A stretch of 63,542 bases of DNA, the filler included, from Rhabdomonas costata (taxonomy: Eukaryota), in assembly GCA_019059605.1 (NCBI GenBank). It is 55 parts of 55 records of this genome, joined end to end, with 100 filler letters (N's around TTAATTAATTAA, not from the genome) between each part and the next. Parts side by side here need not be neighbours in the genome. Positions count along the whole stretch, not along the records: positions 1 to 1,058 come from JAHMHO010030909.1; positions 1,159 to 2,216 come from JAHMHO010030910.1; positions 2,317 to 3,374 come from JAHMHO010030911.1; positions 3,475 to 4,532 come from JAHMHO010030912.1; positions 4,633 to 5,690 come from JAHMHO010030913.1; positions 5,791 to 6,848 come from JAHMHO010030914.1; positions 6,949 to 8,006 come from JAHMHO010030915.1; positions 8,107 to 9,164 come from JAHMHO010030916.1; 47 more parts are not named here. The stretch is one strand, 5' to 3'. A model generated the notes under the pieces. The model ran no database searches and had not been told where the DNA came from. It worked only from the letters and a program-made list of their open reading frames with translations. Positions 1 through 10,955 of this stretch are shown in pieces. Made by a program: the position numbers and the translations under genes. Each line of letters begins with the position of its first letter. Positions within the stretch are counted from its first letter, which is position 1.

Positions 1-1058
1 TTTTTTTGGTGAGTGCCACAAACAGACCTTTAACAAGACAAGCTGCCGCAACCTATTGCTCACTATTGCTCAGCACGCATCGAAAAAGAACAACGTAGTC
101 CTTCACAAATTTCTGGAACCAGAAGCCTATCGCATCCTGGAAGCACAAAGAGGAAAGTCCACTTTGAATGGGATGGGTATGCGGAGGTATAGCTGAGGCA
201 ACAAGTGATGGGCATACATCCCGTGAGTGCGACTGTGCGTGAGTGTGTTGACATTGCCCAGCGTATTGCCTGCAGTGGGGCGATGACGCGTGAGGCGGCT
301 AGACGGGTTGTGTAACGGCCGAAAAAATGAAGGCTGCGGACGATCCGATGCGTTTGCTCTCCAAGCGCAACGACGGTGGCGGCGCTTCAACAGGAATGAG
401 AGAGGGAGACTGCAAGCAAAAACAGGCATTGAGTCTTCCAGCGTAACGGCGGGCAACCTGCGGCAAAGCAGTCATCTAATTAAGGTTCGTCACTCTCAGA
501 AAAAGCTCCCCTCCCCATCGCCTCATACTGGGAGCTCCTGGCAAGAGAATCAGCGGTGGGGTACATGGCACACACGGCGGCTTCCACGATATTCCGCACT
601 GGCTGATCCCTGCGCAAAAAAAAAGCGGGCTCTGAGGGGACGTCTGCCCATGCCACATCAAGTATCGCCAAGAGCCTGAAGGATACGAAAGTATTTCAAA
701 ATGAGCAGGTGGCATCAGAAAACCGGGTCCACAGAGAGACGAAATCATACTAAGCATCAACACCAAACCGCAGCTGACGACGAGATAGCGCAGAACTCAT
801 CACAAGAAAAGAATAAAAACAAAAAAGGAGGACATCAGCCATACCAGCGGTGGCTTATTTGACAAAGCTCCGCACGCCAGGTGTCCACGATGGACTTTGA
901 GACGTCAACGTATGTCAGACCCTCCTTGCGGTCGACGTGCAACACTTGCACGGGGAACTGTGAGCACATACCAAGACCCACCAATATCGCTGTGCAGGGT
1001 TTCCAACAGCCAAAATTATCATTATAATTTACAACACCAAGACCTTCTCCAAAAAACA

Positions 1059-1158
1059 NNNNNNNNNNNNNNNNNNNNNNNNNNNNNNNNNNNNNNNNNN
1101 NNTTAATTAATTAANNNNNNNNNNNNNNNNNNNNNNNNNNNNNNNNNNNNNNNNNNNN
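1059..1158. other. Artificial 100-nt scaffold linker (first of 54; recurs about every 1,157 nt)
   Basis: 44 N + TTAATTAATTAA + 44 N, identical at every junction. It separates contigs of near-identical length (1,048-1,059 nt), as expected of a length-sorted concatenation. Confidence 0.99.
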
Positions 1159-1752
1159 AACATCAGCGGGCCTCATACAGTGCTTGAAATTCGGCTGGAA
1201 CCACGGCCGTGGAAAAAGGGTAGAAAGTGTGGAAAACCGACGCAGCGCGTGAGTGCAGGTAACCAGGCAAGTAACCAGGCAACTTTGGAATACCTAATTA
1301 TTCAATGATGTCTTAAAATGGAAGAAGAACCGGGAGGGAAATGGGGGCGGGAGTGGGGAGACGAGACCCCAGAACTCGTCGCGCCGAAACTCGCGACGAG
1401 AAATAAATAACAGGAAGTAGTACGCCAGGAGGCACTCCTTCAAATCCTCCACGGCAGCCCGGTCGCATACCAAGTTCAGGACGCCCTACACGCGGCATTG
1501 TAAAAGGACAACCCGTCACACCCGAGCTACATTCGAGATTTCCGCGAAGGCATCATGGAAATTTCACAAATTCACGGTGACTGCTGATTCTGCTATTGCA
1601 CCCTTTTTGGTAATCTTTCCTCTGTAATGTGGGTGTGGTTCCTGATTCACGGAAATTTTACTGTGGTCAAAAGTCGCTGTTACTTCGACGAGTAGTGAGA
1701 TGAAGGGCTTTTATTTTCTGGTTTCGGAGGAGCTGAGGCAAAAGGATTCACC

Positions 1753-1862
1753 TCATCTCATCTCATCTCATCTCTTTTCATCTCATCTAATGTAATCTGA
1801 TCTGATCTGATCTGATCTGATCTGATCTGATCTGATCTGATCTGATCTGAGCTGAGCTGATC
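1753..1862 (+). repeat. Compound pentanucleotide microsatellite (TCATC)n-(TCTGA)n
   Basis: Direct reading: tcatc units followed by about 11 tctga units, decaying to gctga. Confidence 0.95.
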
Positions 1863-1900
1863 AAATTTATTTTCATCTCTTCTGAGGTAAGGGTGCAGGC

Positions 1901-2057
1901 CTTGTTGCTGGCCATGAGGTGGTGGTAGTGGCTGTCCACGATCTGCACCATCATCGCGTTGCGCTTGTTGACGTATCCCCACCACGTCTGCAGCCCCACG
2001 TAGGCCAGCACGGCGGGAATAGCGTACTGCAGCGGCAGCGAGACCATCTCCCGCAGC
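1901..2057 (-). CDS. Internal exon, TMEM143/DUF3754-like membrane protein
   Basis: GC3-rich frame LREMVSLPLQYAIPAVLAYVGLQTWWGYVNKRNAMMVQIVDSHYHHLMASNK after an AAG acceptor. It resembles the post-TM segment of DUF3754 proteins by eye. Confidence 0.4.
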
Positions 2058-3001
2058 CTTTTGTTTGGGCCAAAACTTTTCATAAAATTTTGCGGGGAGA
2101 AAGAGAGGTCCCATTTGACTAGCGTTTAGAGCGTTTAGAGCACAAACCAAAAGGAGAGGTGCGGGAAAACATCATACTTTGAAAGGGGGCACGTGGGGCA
2201 TGCTTAAACAAAAAAANNNNNNNNNNNNNNNNNNNNNNNNNNNNNNNNNNNNNNNNNNNNTTAATTAATTAANNNNNNNNNNNNNNNNNNNNNNNNNNNN
2301 NNNNNNNNNNNNNNNNGGGGGTTGTTGTTTCTGATTCTCACTGTAGGCAGATCTGTCATTCTCTGCTTCCCATATTACTGGCTTGCAACGAACACTGCTC
2401 TGTCTGAACTTCGTCGACAATAGTCTTGATAATTCTGTTATTACGCGAGCGGAAGCAGGACTCTGGACGGCTTAGTCGCGAAAGCTATTGATGAGCAGCA
2501 AATCAGCCTCGCCTCGATAATCCCGGGGGAAGGACGAAGAGTCCAATAATAACAGAATTACAAGAACCAAATTTCAAAATCGCGCGTATGCTGCTTTTCC
2601 TTCAACTCGAATTCCCTCCCCGTCCCTCCCCTCCTTCCCACTTTGGTTCTCTCTCCTTTCTGTTTTGCCCATTGACGTGTTGAAAATTGTTCCATCGCAA
2701 AGATCCCATTCTTTTTCTGTGGTGGTTGCTCTTTTGTCTGACCCGAAACAAAGAGCAAAGGGGAACGCTTTGCACCCCCCACCCCACCCGCTCACCCTCT
2801 CTGCTTACTTTTCCTTTTTCACTTTTGTTTTTGTCGTGTTCCCCTCAGATCTGCCTCGCGTTCTTGTAAATTGTAAATTTCAGCCCCTGTGCCGAACATA
2901 TGCGGGAGTTTAAAAAGCGAAGAAAAGTGGAAAGAAAAGGTCCATCTATTCTGTGTGTATTGGGTGTCCCTGCTTGGGTGCTTGTGCGTGCTTGGGTGCA
3001 G

Positions 3002-3247
3002 GAGTCGATGGGCCAGCTCTCGCGCATCGCCCTGTCAAACGAGCTGCTGCGTGTGGTGGAATCTGCACAGGTGGCAGCGCACCTTTCTTTTTCTCAGTGG
3101 ATCTCTGTGCAGGCATAGCATTGCAGAAGTTTTTTTTTTTACCGTCTTCCTTTGTTTAGGTGGAGGACGGCTCTGCGCATCGTCGGCGAACTATTTTTCC
3201 TTACTGCTGCGTTTCTTTTTGCGGCGACCCACTTTCGCCATTCTTGC
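3002..3247 (+). CDS. Two exons (3002-3070, 3160-3247) of an unknown protein
   Basis: Canonical AG/GT boundaries; the exons join in phase 0 to give ESMGQLSRIALSNELLRVVESAQ-VEDGSAHRRRTIFPYCCVSFCGDPLSPFL. Confidence 0.45.
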
Positions 3248-4163
3248 GTAAGTCCTGAAACTTCGAACATTGGCTTCTGTGCACAACTACTGCCGTGGAA
3301 TGTGGAGCCCTGCTCTGTGGGAATACAGACGTTTCTGAAGGAAAGCAACGCGTTTTTCTTTAGCAACCAAACCCNNNNNNNNNNNNNNNNNNNNNNNNNN
3401 NNNNNNNNNNNNNNNNNNTTAATTAATTAANNNNNNNNNNNNNNNNNNNNNNNNNNNNNNNNNNNNNNNNNNNNGTGGTTTTGTACAAGAGTTCCTTTCC
3501 TCTCAGTATCTTTCCCCCTTCACACAGAATTGGGAGGGAGAAAGATACTGAGAGGAAAGGAACTCTTGTACAGAGCAGCCAAGCGCTCAACCTAATTCAG
3601 AAATTTGGGTGGTGACAGAGGTCGGCACACCACTTACTCCCTAACTTTGGATCTCTGGTACTTTGGGTTGACAGCCGATGCACTCCACGAGACTGCATCG
3701 GCTTTGTGGACCACATCATGACAGTCACAGAACATCGGAGAACCACAACACGCACACAACTCACACTACGAACACTGTACTCCACAAACAACAGTGACTC
3801 TGTGTGAGATATGTACAGACACAAAGAGGAGACATGTGGAGAGCAGCCAAGCGCCCAATGTGTGTATGGGTGTGTCTCATGATGTTGCAGCACGCCTCCG
3901 TGTCTCTGACGGAGAGCCGGCCCCTTTACTTTGGTAATCATTGCCCGTTGCCCAGAAGAAAATTTCATTGCCCTGAGAGAACAAATGTCGCCACAGGACA
4001 GCTTGAGACAAGCGAGAACTCTCACACTGTAATGCTGATACTCATCGCCTCCGGTCTCTGGTCGTCTTGAAAAGTAAATAAGGTCAGCAAAACTCCAAAC
4101 CATAGGGTTAGGAAGTTGTGCCAGCACTCCCAAAAGAACAGCTTGTACCCATTTCCATCTCAC

Positions 4164-4431
4164 CAATCGGACCTCGACGGTATCCAAGCTCGAAGGGTGA
4201 CGGAGCTTGGGGCGGGTGGGAGGACGGCGTGTTCGAATGGAGCTACAAAACCTTATGAAAGAGGCAGAAGTTGAGTTCAACCTGTGGGAGCAATCGGATC
4301 GGTCTGGCTGAAGCCGTCCCACACGCATGGGATGGGCTGCAGGTCGTCAAACTGGCAGAACGAGGACTGCGACTTGCCACAGAACCCGTCAATCAGCCCG
4401 CTGTCCAGGTCAAAGTGGGGGTGGTCGTTGG
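4164..4431 (-). CDS. Exons of an unknown Cys-containing protein (4282-4431, and probably 4164-4251 or 4164-4242)
   Basis: CAG acceptor, GC3-rich codons (NDHPHFDLDSGLIDGFCGKSQSSFCQFDDLQPIPCVWDGFSQTDPIAPT), GT donor at 4281, and an in-phase continuation after a very short intron. Confidence 0.4.
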
Positions 4432-5497
4432 CTGAGACCCACACCACCAGGAAGAAAAGACAGGACAAATGTTCCCCAATATCCAATTACACAGCACATT
4501 GGATCGTGCAATCTTTCGGTGAGGCCTCCGGTNNNNNNNNNNNNNNNNNNNNNNNNNNNNNNNNNNNNNNNNNNNNTTAATTAATTAANNNNNNNNNNNN
4601 NNNNNNNNNNNNNNNNNNNNNNNNNNNNNNNNAGGCAACCAGCAACCAGCAACCAACAAGTAGAACCAAGTTTTTGAGGGACTAAACTCGACAGGACAGA
4701 TATGCTTACATGTGTGGTATGGAACTGTCTAACTGTTTTCGGGTGTTTCTGTATCATCGACGAACTAAAGCATGCCTTTTAAAAACAGAAGCACCCGAAA
4801 ACAGTTAGACAGTTCCATACCACACATGTAAGCATATCTGTCCTGTCATCACATGAGATTTTGTCTTCGCACGTCTTCTTCAGCGAGTTTCATTTTTGAT
4901 ATTGGCAAGGCAACCAGCAACCAGCAACCAGCAAGTAGAACCAAGTTTTTGAGGGACTAAACTCGACAGGACAGATATGCTTACATGTGTGGTATGGAAC
5001 TGTCTAACTGTTTTCGGGTGCTTCTGTTTTTAAAAGGCATGCTTTAGTTCGTCGATGATACAGAAACTCGCAACCACACACAGTGAATGTCAATAAAAAT
5101 ATCCCAAACCTTGAGGAGTTTTCATGGTCTGATGTCGCAACGACGTGGGATGCTTCGAAACACGTTTTAAGAAAGTTAGTCTCATGATGATGGTGGGCCC
5201 CTCTAACGCCACCACAGCTAACGACGCTTCGCTCTGGCGGCGCCGTTGAACTTCAAGTAATCCTGTCTCCTCGTCTCGCCCACTTTGCTAAGGAGACTGC
5301 AGTGGGAAAATGTCAAATGCAGACGCATACACGTCGCCATTACCCTGTTTTTCTTCGTCATCATTGTTTCTCTTCGGTTTGTTGTCAACCTGCCCGCACT
5401 CTCCCAATAAAACACACTATGTCACACGCCCTCTTACTCCATTTTCCCTTCCGTTTGCAGTCAACTTTCCAACAACCTCCGTTTATAAGCGAGAAAA

Positions 5498-5591
5498 ATG
5501 ACTGTTCTAGGGGTGCGCTTGGTGATTGGGCTACTCGTGGTGGCTGCCGCGCTACCGCTGGAGACCGCGGTCGAGGGAAACCCCCTTCGAG
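5498..5591 (+). CDS. First coding exon with signal peptide (secreted or membrane protein)
   Basis: ATG at 5498 gives MTVLGVRLVIGLLVVAAALPLETAVEGNPLR, then a GT donor at 5592. It has a hydrophobic h-region followed by small residues. Confidence 0.5.
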
Positions 5592-5799
5592 GTCGCTTTC
5601 CTGCACCTCCCTTCCCCCCTCCCCAGGCCAGCAACTAGTGCCCCGAAAAATTACACCTGCCCATTACCCGCTACATACGTTTCTGCATGTNNNNNNNNNN
5701 NNNNNNNNNNNNNNNNNNNNNNNNNNNNNNNNNNTTAATTAATTAANNNNNNNNNNNNNNNNNNNNNNNNNNNNNNNNNNNNNNNNNNNNGGTGTTTGG

Positions 5800-6675
5800 G
5801 CGCCGCAGCAGCTGGATCTCCTTGCGGACCAAGTCCCTGCTCTTATCCGAGCACCTTGACATCCTAATCTGTGGGCAGGATTGAAAAAGCATTTGACGGC
5901 GGGGAAGGCAGGAAACAGGAGAAACGGGTTAATAGGATAAAACAGATGGAGATGGTGATTCTTGAGGGAAACTGGCGAGCCCCCATCCTTTTGGACATCA
6001 AGATTCGTCATTGGAAACCAACTCAACCCGGCGGTCCATTTTTAGGGGGAGGGGGTGTTAAACAGTTTAAAGACGTTAAATCGTTCACGTTGTTAATCAG
6101 TGTGTAACAATACTGGACGTTATATATATCTCGGTTTTTCCTGTGTGTTAGAGGCTGACTTCGGTAAATTTGCCCTGGAAGGGCGATGAACGGTTCCCAG
6201 GAGACGCCATACAAGCGCGACAGAGGTATTTTACTGGCGAAGGCCAGCTCCGCGGAGGCGAGCCCGCGGGTCGGCGGAGCGGGCGTCTGAGTGGAGAACG
6301 TTGTCTGGGGAGTTGGGGAGTTGTCGTAGTCATGCGCCCGAAAAGCGACACTTGAAGGGGGGTTTTCTGGCGGCGACCCTATCAGCATAGTTTTGAACCT
6401 TATCGCCTTATCGTTTATTTAACCGTTTAACACCCCCCCAAAAAAAAATATCGGACCCCAAAACGAGAGACAGGGAGAGAGACGAAGTCCACATCGTAAA
6501 CGGGATGATTTGATGATCCAAGATAGAACACTCGCGTGGGGTGCACCTGCTTCACCACAACAACCTCGGGGCCTTCCTTGCGGCGGAGCTTCCATACTTT
6601 CCCGAACGAGCCCTGGCCAAGAGGGCGGTCCTGTAGCCAGCCCAGCTCCTCGAGTGAGGATACAGGCCTGAACAT
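5800..6675 (-). CDS. NEK-like Ser/Thr protein kinase, exons 1-2 (6547-6675; about 5800-5868)
   Basis: MFRPVSSLEELGWLQDRPLGQGSFGKVWKLRRKEGPEVVVVKQ contains GxGxxG and the VAVK-type Lys. A GT-AG intron (5869-6546) joins it in frame to IRMSRCSDKSRDLVRKEIQLLRR (alphaC Glu). Confidence 0.85.
6031..6459. mobile_element. MITE-like insertion within the kinase intron
   Basis: Imperfect terminal inverted repeats: gcggtccatttttagggggagggggtgttaaacagtttaaa ... tttaaccgtttaacacccccccaaaaaaaaatatcggacccc. A related terminus occurs at 46720-46777. Confidence 0.55.
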
Positions 6676-7178
6676 TGAAGAATAAGCACACACAACCCTA
6701 ACAGAGAACTTCACAGGGTCGACCAATAAATTCTGACGCATACAGGTTTTCAAGGCACAACGAGCTCATTGCAGACTCCATCTGTCAGAAGAAAAGCGTG
6801 GATGGAGGGGAACGCAAAGAAAACCTGACAAAAGCTCGCGCAAAAACANNNNNNNNNNNNNNNNNNNNNNNNNNNNNNNNNNNNNNNNNNNNTTAATTAA
6901 TTAANNNNNNNNNNNNNNNNNNNNNNNNNNNNNNNNNNNNNNNNNNNNGTGTGTTGGAGGTAAACATTGCATTTATGTTGTTTCTGTTTGTTTTGATCGT
7001 GTTTTGTCCCATGCTTCTTGGGACCTTTGCTCACTTTTTCGTCTTGCTGTCACTCTCCAAATAAAATAATTGTTAATGTCACATCCTTTCGTTTCATCCG
7101 AATCAGATTTTTTCTAGGATTACCGAAGTAGCCGTGTGCATTCATTGGTCAAGACTGTTCTGAACTTCACTCCTGCAG

Positions 7179-8004
7179 GCGCTGGCACATCTAGAGGAAG
7201 GGAGGTCCCGGGCTTCCGGTGGTCTGCGTCCCCGGGCGCTTGCAGAGCGCACCGCTACGCAGTGGCAGGCTCTTGAAAACTCGCTCCTTCAGGTGAAATG
7301 CAGTTATGTGCCATTGGTAAGATCTGTGGAATCTATTATGCATTTAAAACTTATGGACTTTGTCACCATATGGATCTTTTGGCCCATCGCTTCCGTTTTT
7401 CTTGTGAAAACCAGGTCAGGACGCTCTGACGGCACCTTCTGCGTTCTCTGTATTATGCGCCCCGAAAATGTTCCAAGGCACCTTGATCCCTTAAAGTCAT
7501 CTCATTATCGCCTTTTTGCGCTTCAATGTTTTGTTGAATAACATGCGCTTTGGTGTCCATCTCCTGTCAGCAGTTCTTGTTCTCCCTCAGGCAAGGCAAG
7601 CGATTCTACAGCATGAAAGTACTAATCGCAACCTGCTGGCCCGAATTGTTGACCTCACCGCGGAGGGTAGTGCTAAAGACTCCGAACTTTCCCAGCTTCG
7701 GTTGTCTTCTCACCCAGCCGCCCTGGTACAAGCCTCGGCAGTTAACTCCCAAACCCTTGCCGAGACCGACCGCCGTCGCACAGAGCTGCTGTCCACCCTG
7801 CAGGATACGGCTTCGTTGAATTCCAAGCTCGCCGAGGAAGTCACACAACTTAAGCAGTACCTCGCCGAAAAAGACCGCACCACGGAGAAGTTGCAGCACC
7901 AGCTTCGCCGGGTGGAGTCTGAGCTCGAGGAGCGTGAGACTAAGATTGACAGCTTGAATGATAGCATGACCCAGAAGCAGGCCCAGCTTGACTCGTTGCA
8001 CCAA
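7179..8004 (+). CDS. Coiled-coil protein, exons 7179-7292 and 7591 to contig end
   Basis: AG/GT-bounded 114-nt exon joined in phase 0 to a stop-free, heptad-rich frame (KLAEEVTQLKQYLAEKDRTTEKLQHQLRRVESELEERETKIDSL). Confidence 0.75.
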
Positions 8005-8250
8005 ACNNNNNNNNNNNNNNNNNNNNNNNNNNNNNNNNNNNNNNNNNNNNTTAATTAATTAANNNNNNNNNNNNNNNNNNNNNNNNNNNNNNNNNNNNNN
8101 NNNNNNTTTTTTTGCGTTTCTCGGGAACCCCGGGATTTGCGGATACGTTTGCGTTTTTTCTTTTACGCTCACAGAAAACTGGACAACACTCCACATCCTA
8201 CCGTGACTGCAACTACCTCACCCCACCACACCACCACCAGCTCCCCTCCA

Positions 8251-8625
8251 TCAGTCCGTCTTGGGCCTGCTACGACCGCTCCGGCGCAGACCAGCGGCGC
8301 CATCACTAGCCGCCTCTATCCCTCTCCCGCTTATCCTCTCCCTGTCCTTCTCCCACTGCCTGTCCTCGGAAAACTCCGCGAGGGCGCGGTCGAAGTTCCA
8401 GTCATTGCTGCTGAGGTAACACTGGGCCTCCTCCGCAGTCACTCCGCCGCCGGGCGCGGCCAGCTGAAAGGCACGCACGGCGCTCAGGTGCTGATGCTCC
8501 TGGGAAAGGTGCTCCGTGGTGAGGACCACTGGGGAGGCACCGCCCAGGCGGGGGTCCTTCGGCACTAGAAGCACACTGTCCTTGGGAAGTAGGTCGAGGT
8601 CTCCGCCGTAGATGTTGTTGGGTTT
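8251..8625 (-). CDS. Terminal exon: end of a LysM-like domain plus a UBA-like helical domain
   Basis: KPNNIYGGDLDLLPKDSVLLVP matches the LysM C-terminal N..L.....L.IP pattern. EEAQCYLSSNDWNFDRALAEF is a UBA-like signature. CAG acceptor at 8628-8626; stop at 8251-8253. Confidence 0.6.
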   Translation of the reverse strand, partial: KPNNIYGGDLDLLPKDSVLLVPKDPRLGGASPVVLTTEHLSQEHQHLSAVRAFQLAAPGGGVTAEEAQCYLSSNDWNFDRALAEFSEDRQWEKDRERISGRGIEAASDGAAGLRRSGRSRPKTD

Positions 8626-9374
8626 CTGCACCCACAGTGCGCATGAGAGTGAACGGTAAGATGTTGTGCTGTCTGCGCCATCGTGCCCTCTCCATTTTCT
8701 TCACCTCCAGTTCTTCGCAACGGCTGTTTGCACCACAGAAACAAGACATTGGTTTTTCCTTCCTGAAAAGGTTGTTGTGACCTGTTGAAGTTAAGCGTTA
8801 GTGGTCAACTTTCACTTTGTTGCAAACGGCAGGCTGCCGAATGTGACTGGTGATCAGCGCGCTTCCGTTGAGTGGCTAATGATGTGCCTTGGAATAATTC
8901 GAACACAGGGGGTGGCTGCTGGATCCGGAGCAGATCTAAACGGGTCCGAGCGGCGGCGGCAGCCCCGCGAGCGAGTGGCAGGGACGGGGAGCGAGCTCGT
9001 CATGCACGTGTTTGAAAATAGGGAGGAAAAGGAGGAGGCACAAAGAGGGGGAGTTTTACGGCACCACAATGTCTCAAGCAGACCGGCAAATGCTGTCTCC
9101 ACACTCAGGGATCTACGCAAAAAAAGAAGTGGCTTCTAAACATCTTCACCAGCCCACCACCAACNNNNNNNNNNNNNNNNNNNNNNNNNNNNNNNNNNNN
9201 NNNNNNNNTTAATTAATTAANNNNNNNNNNNNNNNNNNNNNNNNNNNNNNNNNNNNNNNNNNNNTTTTTGTTGCCAAGGCGATCATAAGCTTTTTTGAAG
9301 CTCTTTTGATTTTGAGCAAGCGTTTCAGTGGAATCCCGCGCGTACCCACCCAGAAAAGTAGCGAAACAGTCCAC

Positions 9375-10301
9375 CTGAAGCCATCATAGCTGGCGGTGAA
9401 CTTCTCCATGGGATGCCCTGCGGGGCATGGCGCGGGGCTCCTCTCGGGGCTCAGGCTGTGCTCAAGGCAGTCCGCGCTGAAAACCTTCACACAGCCGTCC
9501 TCCGTCATCCGCAGCTTCACGGTTTGAGGGAGGTGGTCCTGTCCCACCACCACCCCGGAGCGGCCTGCCAGGGGCAGCAGGGGCACGGGTTCCAGCCCAG
9601 CCGCCGCGAGAGCCTCGAATAGCGGAGCTACAGGCTTCACCTTCACCGCCGTGCCCAAGGCGATGGGAGGGGGGTTGACATTGAGGATCGTAATCTGCAG
9701 GAGAAGGGACGAGGGAGAAGAATGGACGGACAGCTGCCCGCAAGTCAAAGAAACCAAGTTGTTTTGGATTCGTAACGGCAATCAGGAGGCAGAGAGATCC
9801 ACGCAAACACATCGAGAAATTCTGATCTACAAAACGCACACTTCCCCAGAACTCAGCAACACAAATATACCACATTCCACGACGGGCATCTCAAGTAGAA
9901 TTATTTCATTGTCGAGCAAGTTGCATCATTTCATGTGTGACACCCAGTAGATTAAATACAGCCACACCGGCAAAGTCGGAAAAGACGACAAAATCCGGAC
10001 TCTCGGGCCGGAGGGACCAGGCGGAAGGCTTGGGAACCACATATGGAGGCGACGGGTAAACCCACTACGACACCATCCGAGCGTAGGCGCTGAGCTTGGG
10101 TTGGCTAAGCAAGAATTAATCGGCTCACGCGCACTTCTCCAGTCCCCCAAAACAGGGCTCTTCCTCTCCCTCTAGGACCTGCTGCCCGAACCCCGTCAGA
10201 GACACCCCGAACCGCAGCAGACTCTCAAAAGGACCGTGGCCCTCTGACAGAACCTCCCCATTGCGCCAGAAGCTCACACGCCCCGCCGCCAGCTCCACCC
10301 G
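9375..10301 (-). CDS. SPRY-domain protein followed by a probable zinc-finger start; exons about 10179-10301 and 9375-9694
   Basis: VELAAGRVSFWRNGEVL...LRFGVSL..GQQ|ITILN fits the SPRY/B30.2 C-terminal pattern. Exon 2 ends CPAGHPMEKFTASYDGFR, the usual lead-in to a CxxC finger. The GT-AG intron is phase 0. Confidence 0.6.
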
Positions 10302-10734
10302 CACACACACACACACACCCGTNNNNNNNNNNNNNNNNNNNNNNNNNNNNNNNNNNNNNNNNNNNNTTAATTAATTAANNNNNNNNNNNNNNNNNNNNNN
10401 NNNNNNNNNNNNNNNNNNNNNNAAAATGATAGTGTTAACAAGTACATGTTAACACTATCATTTTCCACAAAACATCTCATCTATTTTCACAACATTTCAC
10501 AAAACGTTTTGCATCAATGCGCCGAGAATTTATAGGATCACTCACAGAGATGGTGCAAAACTTCAGCAAGAGCTTAATGACTTAATTAACAGCCAATACA
10601 TTAAAGATTTTACTTCTCAGTATGGCTCAGAATATGTCCAATACAAATCTACGCATAGTGGTGGACTACTGACACATCAAAAATCTAAAATCTTCCCTTC
10701 CAGCATCCATTCCCTTCCAGCATCGAATAGGTGC

Positions 10735-10955
10735 TCAGTCAAGATAGTGACAGTAATTACTCCTCAAATATTGATCTTAACTTGTGGTTTTACCAAATCA
10801 TGGTTTTACATGTAGAGTTTTATGGGACTGTGAGGCGTCTAACAGATTAATTGCTAACTACGCCACCGTTGCGGCACCTCTGACTGACGTAATGCAAAAG
10901 GTACGAGATTGTGCATTGTTTCCAGTGCAGCAGCAGGCGTTTGATTTACTAATGT
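10735..10955 (+). pseudogene. Decayed Ty3/gypsy LTR-retrotransposon pol fragment (RT thumb / RNase H connection)
   Basis: Across a frameshift it reads SFMGL.. and RLIANYATVAAPLTDVMQK...VQQQAFDLL, versus the gypsy consensus RSFLGL..YYRRFI.NYA.IAAPLT.LLKK......QQ.AFD.LK. Confidence 0.75.

Noticed and set aside
1309-1520. Solo LTR-like segment TGTCTTAA...AATAAA...CGTCACA
   Set aside because: The flanks (aatga / cccga) give no target-site duplication, and there is no second copy in the window.
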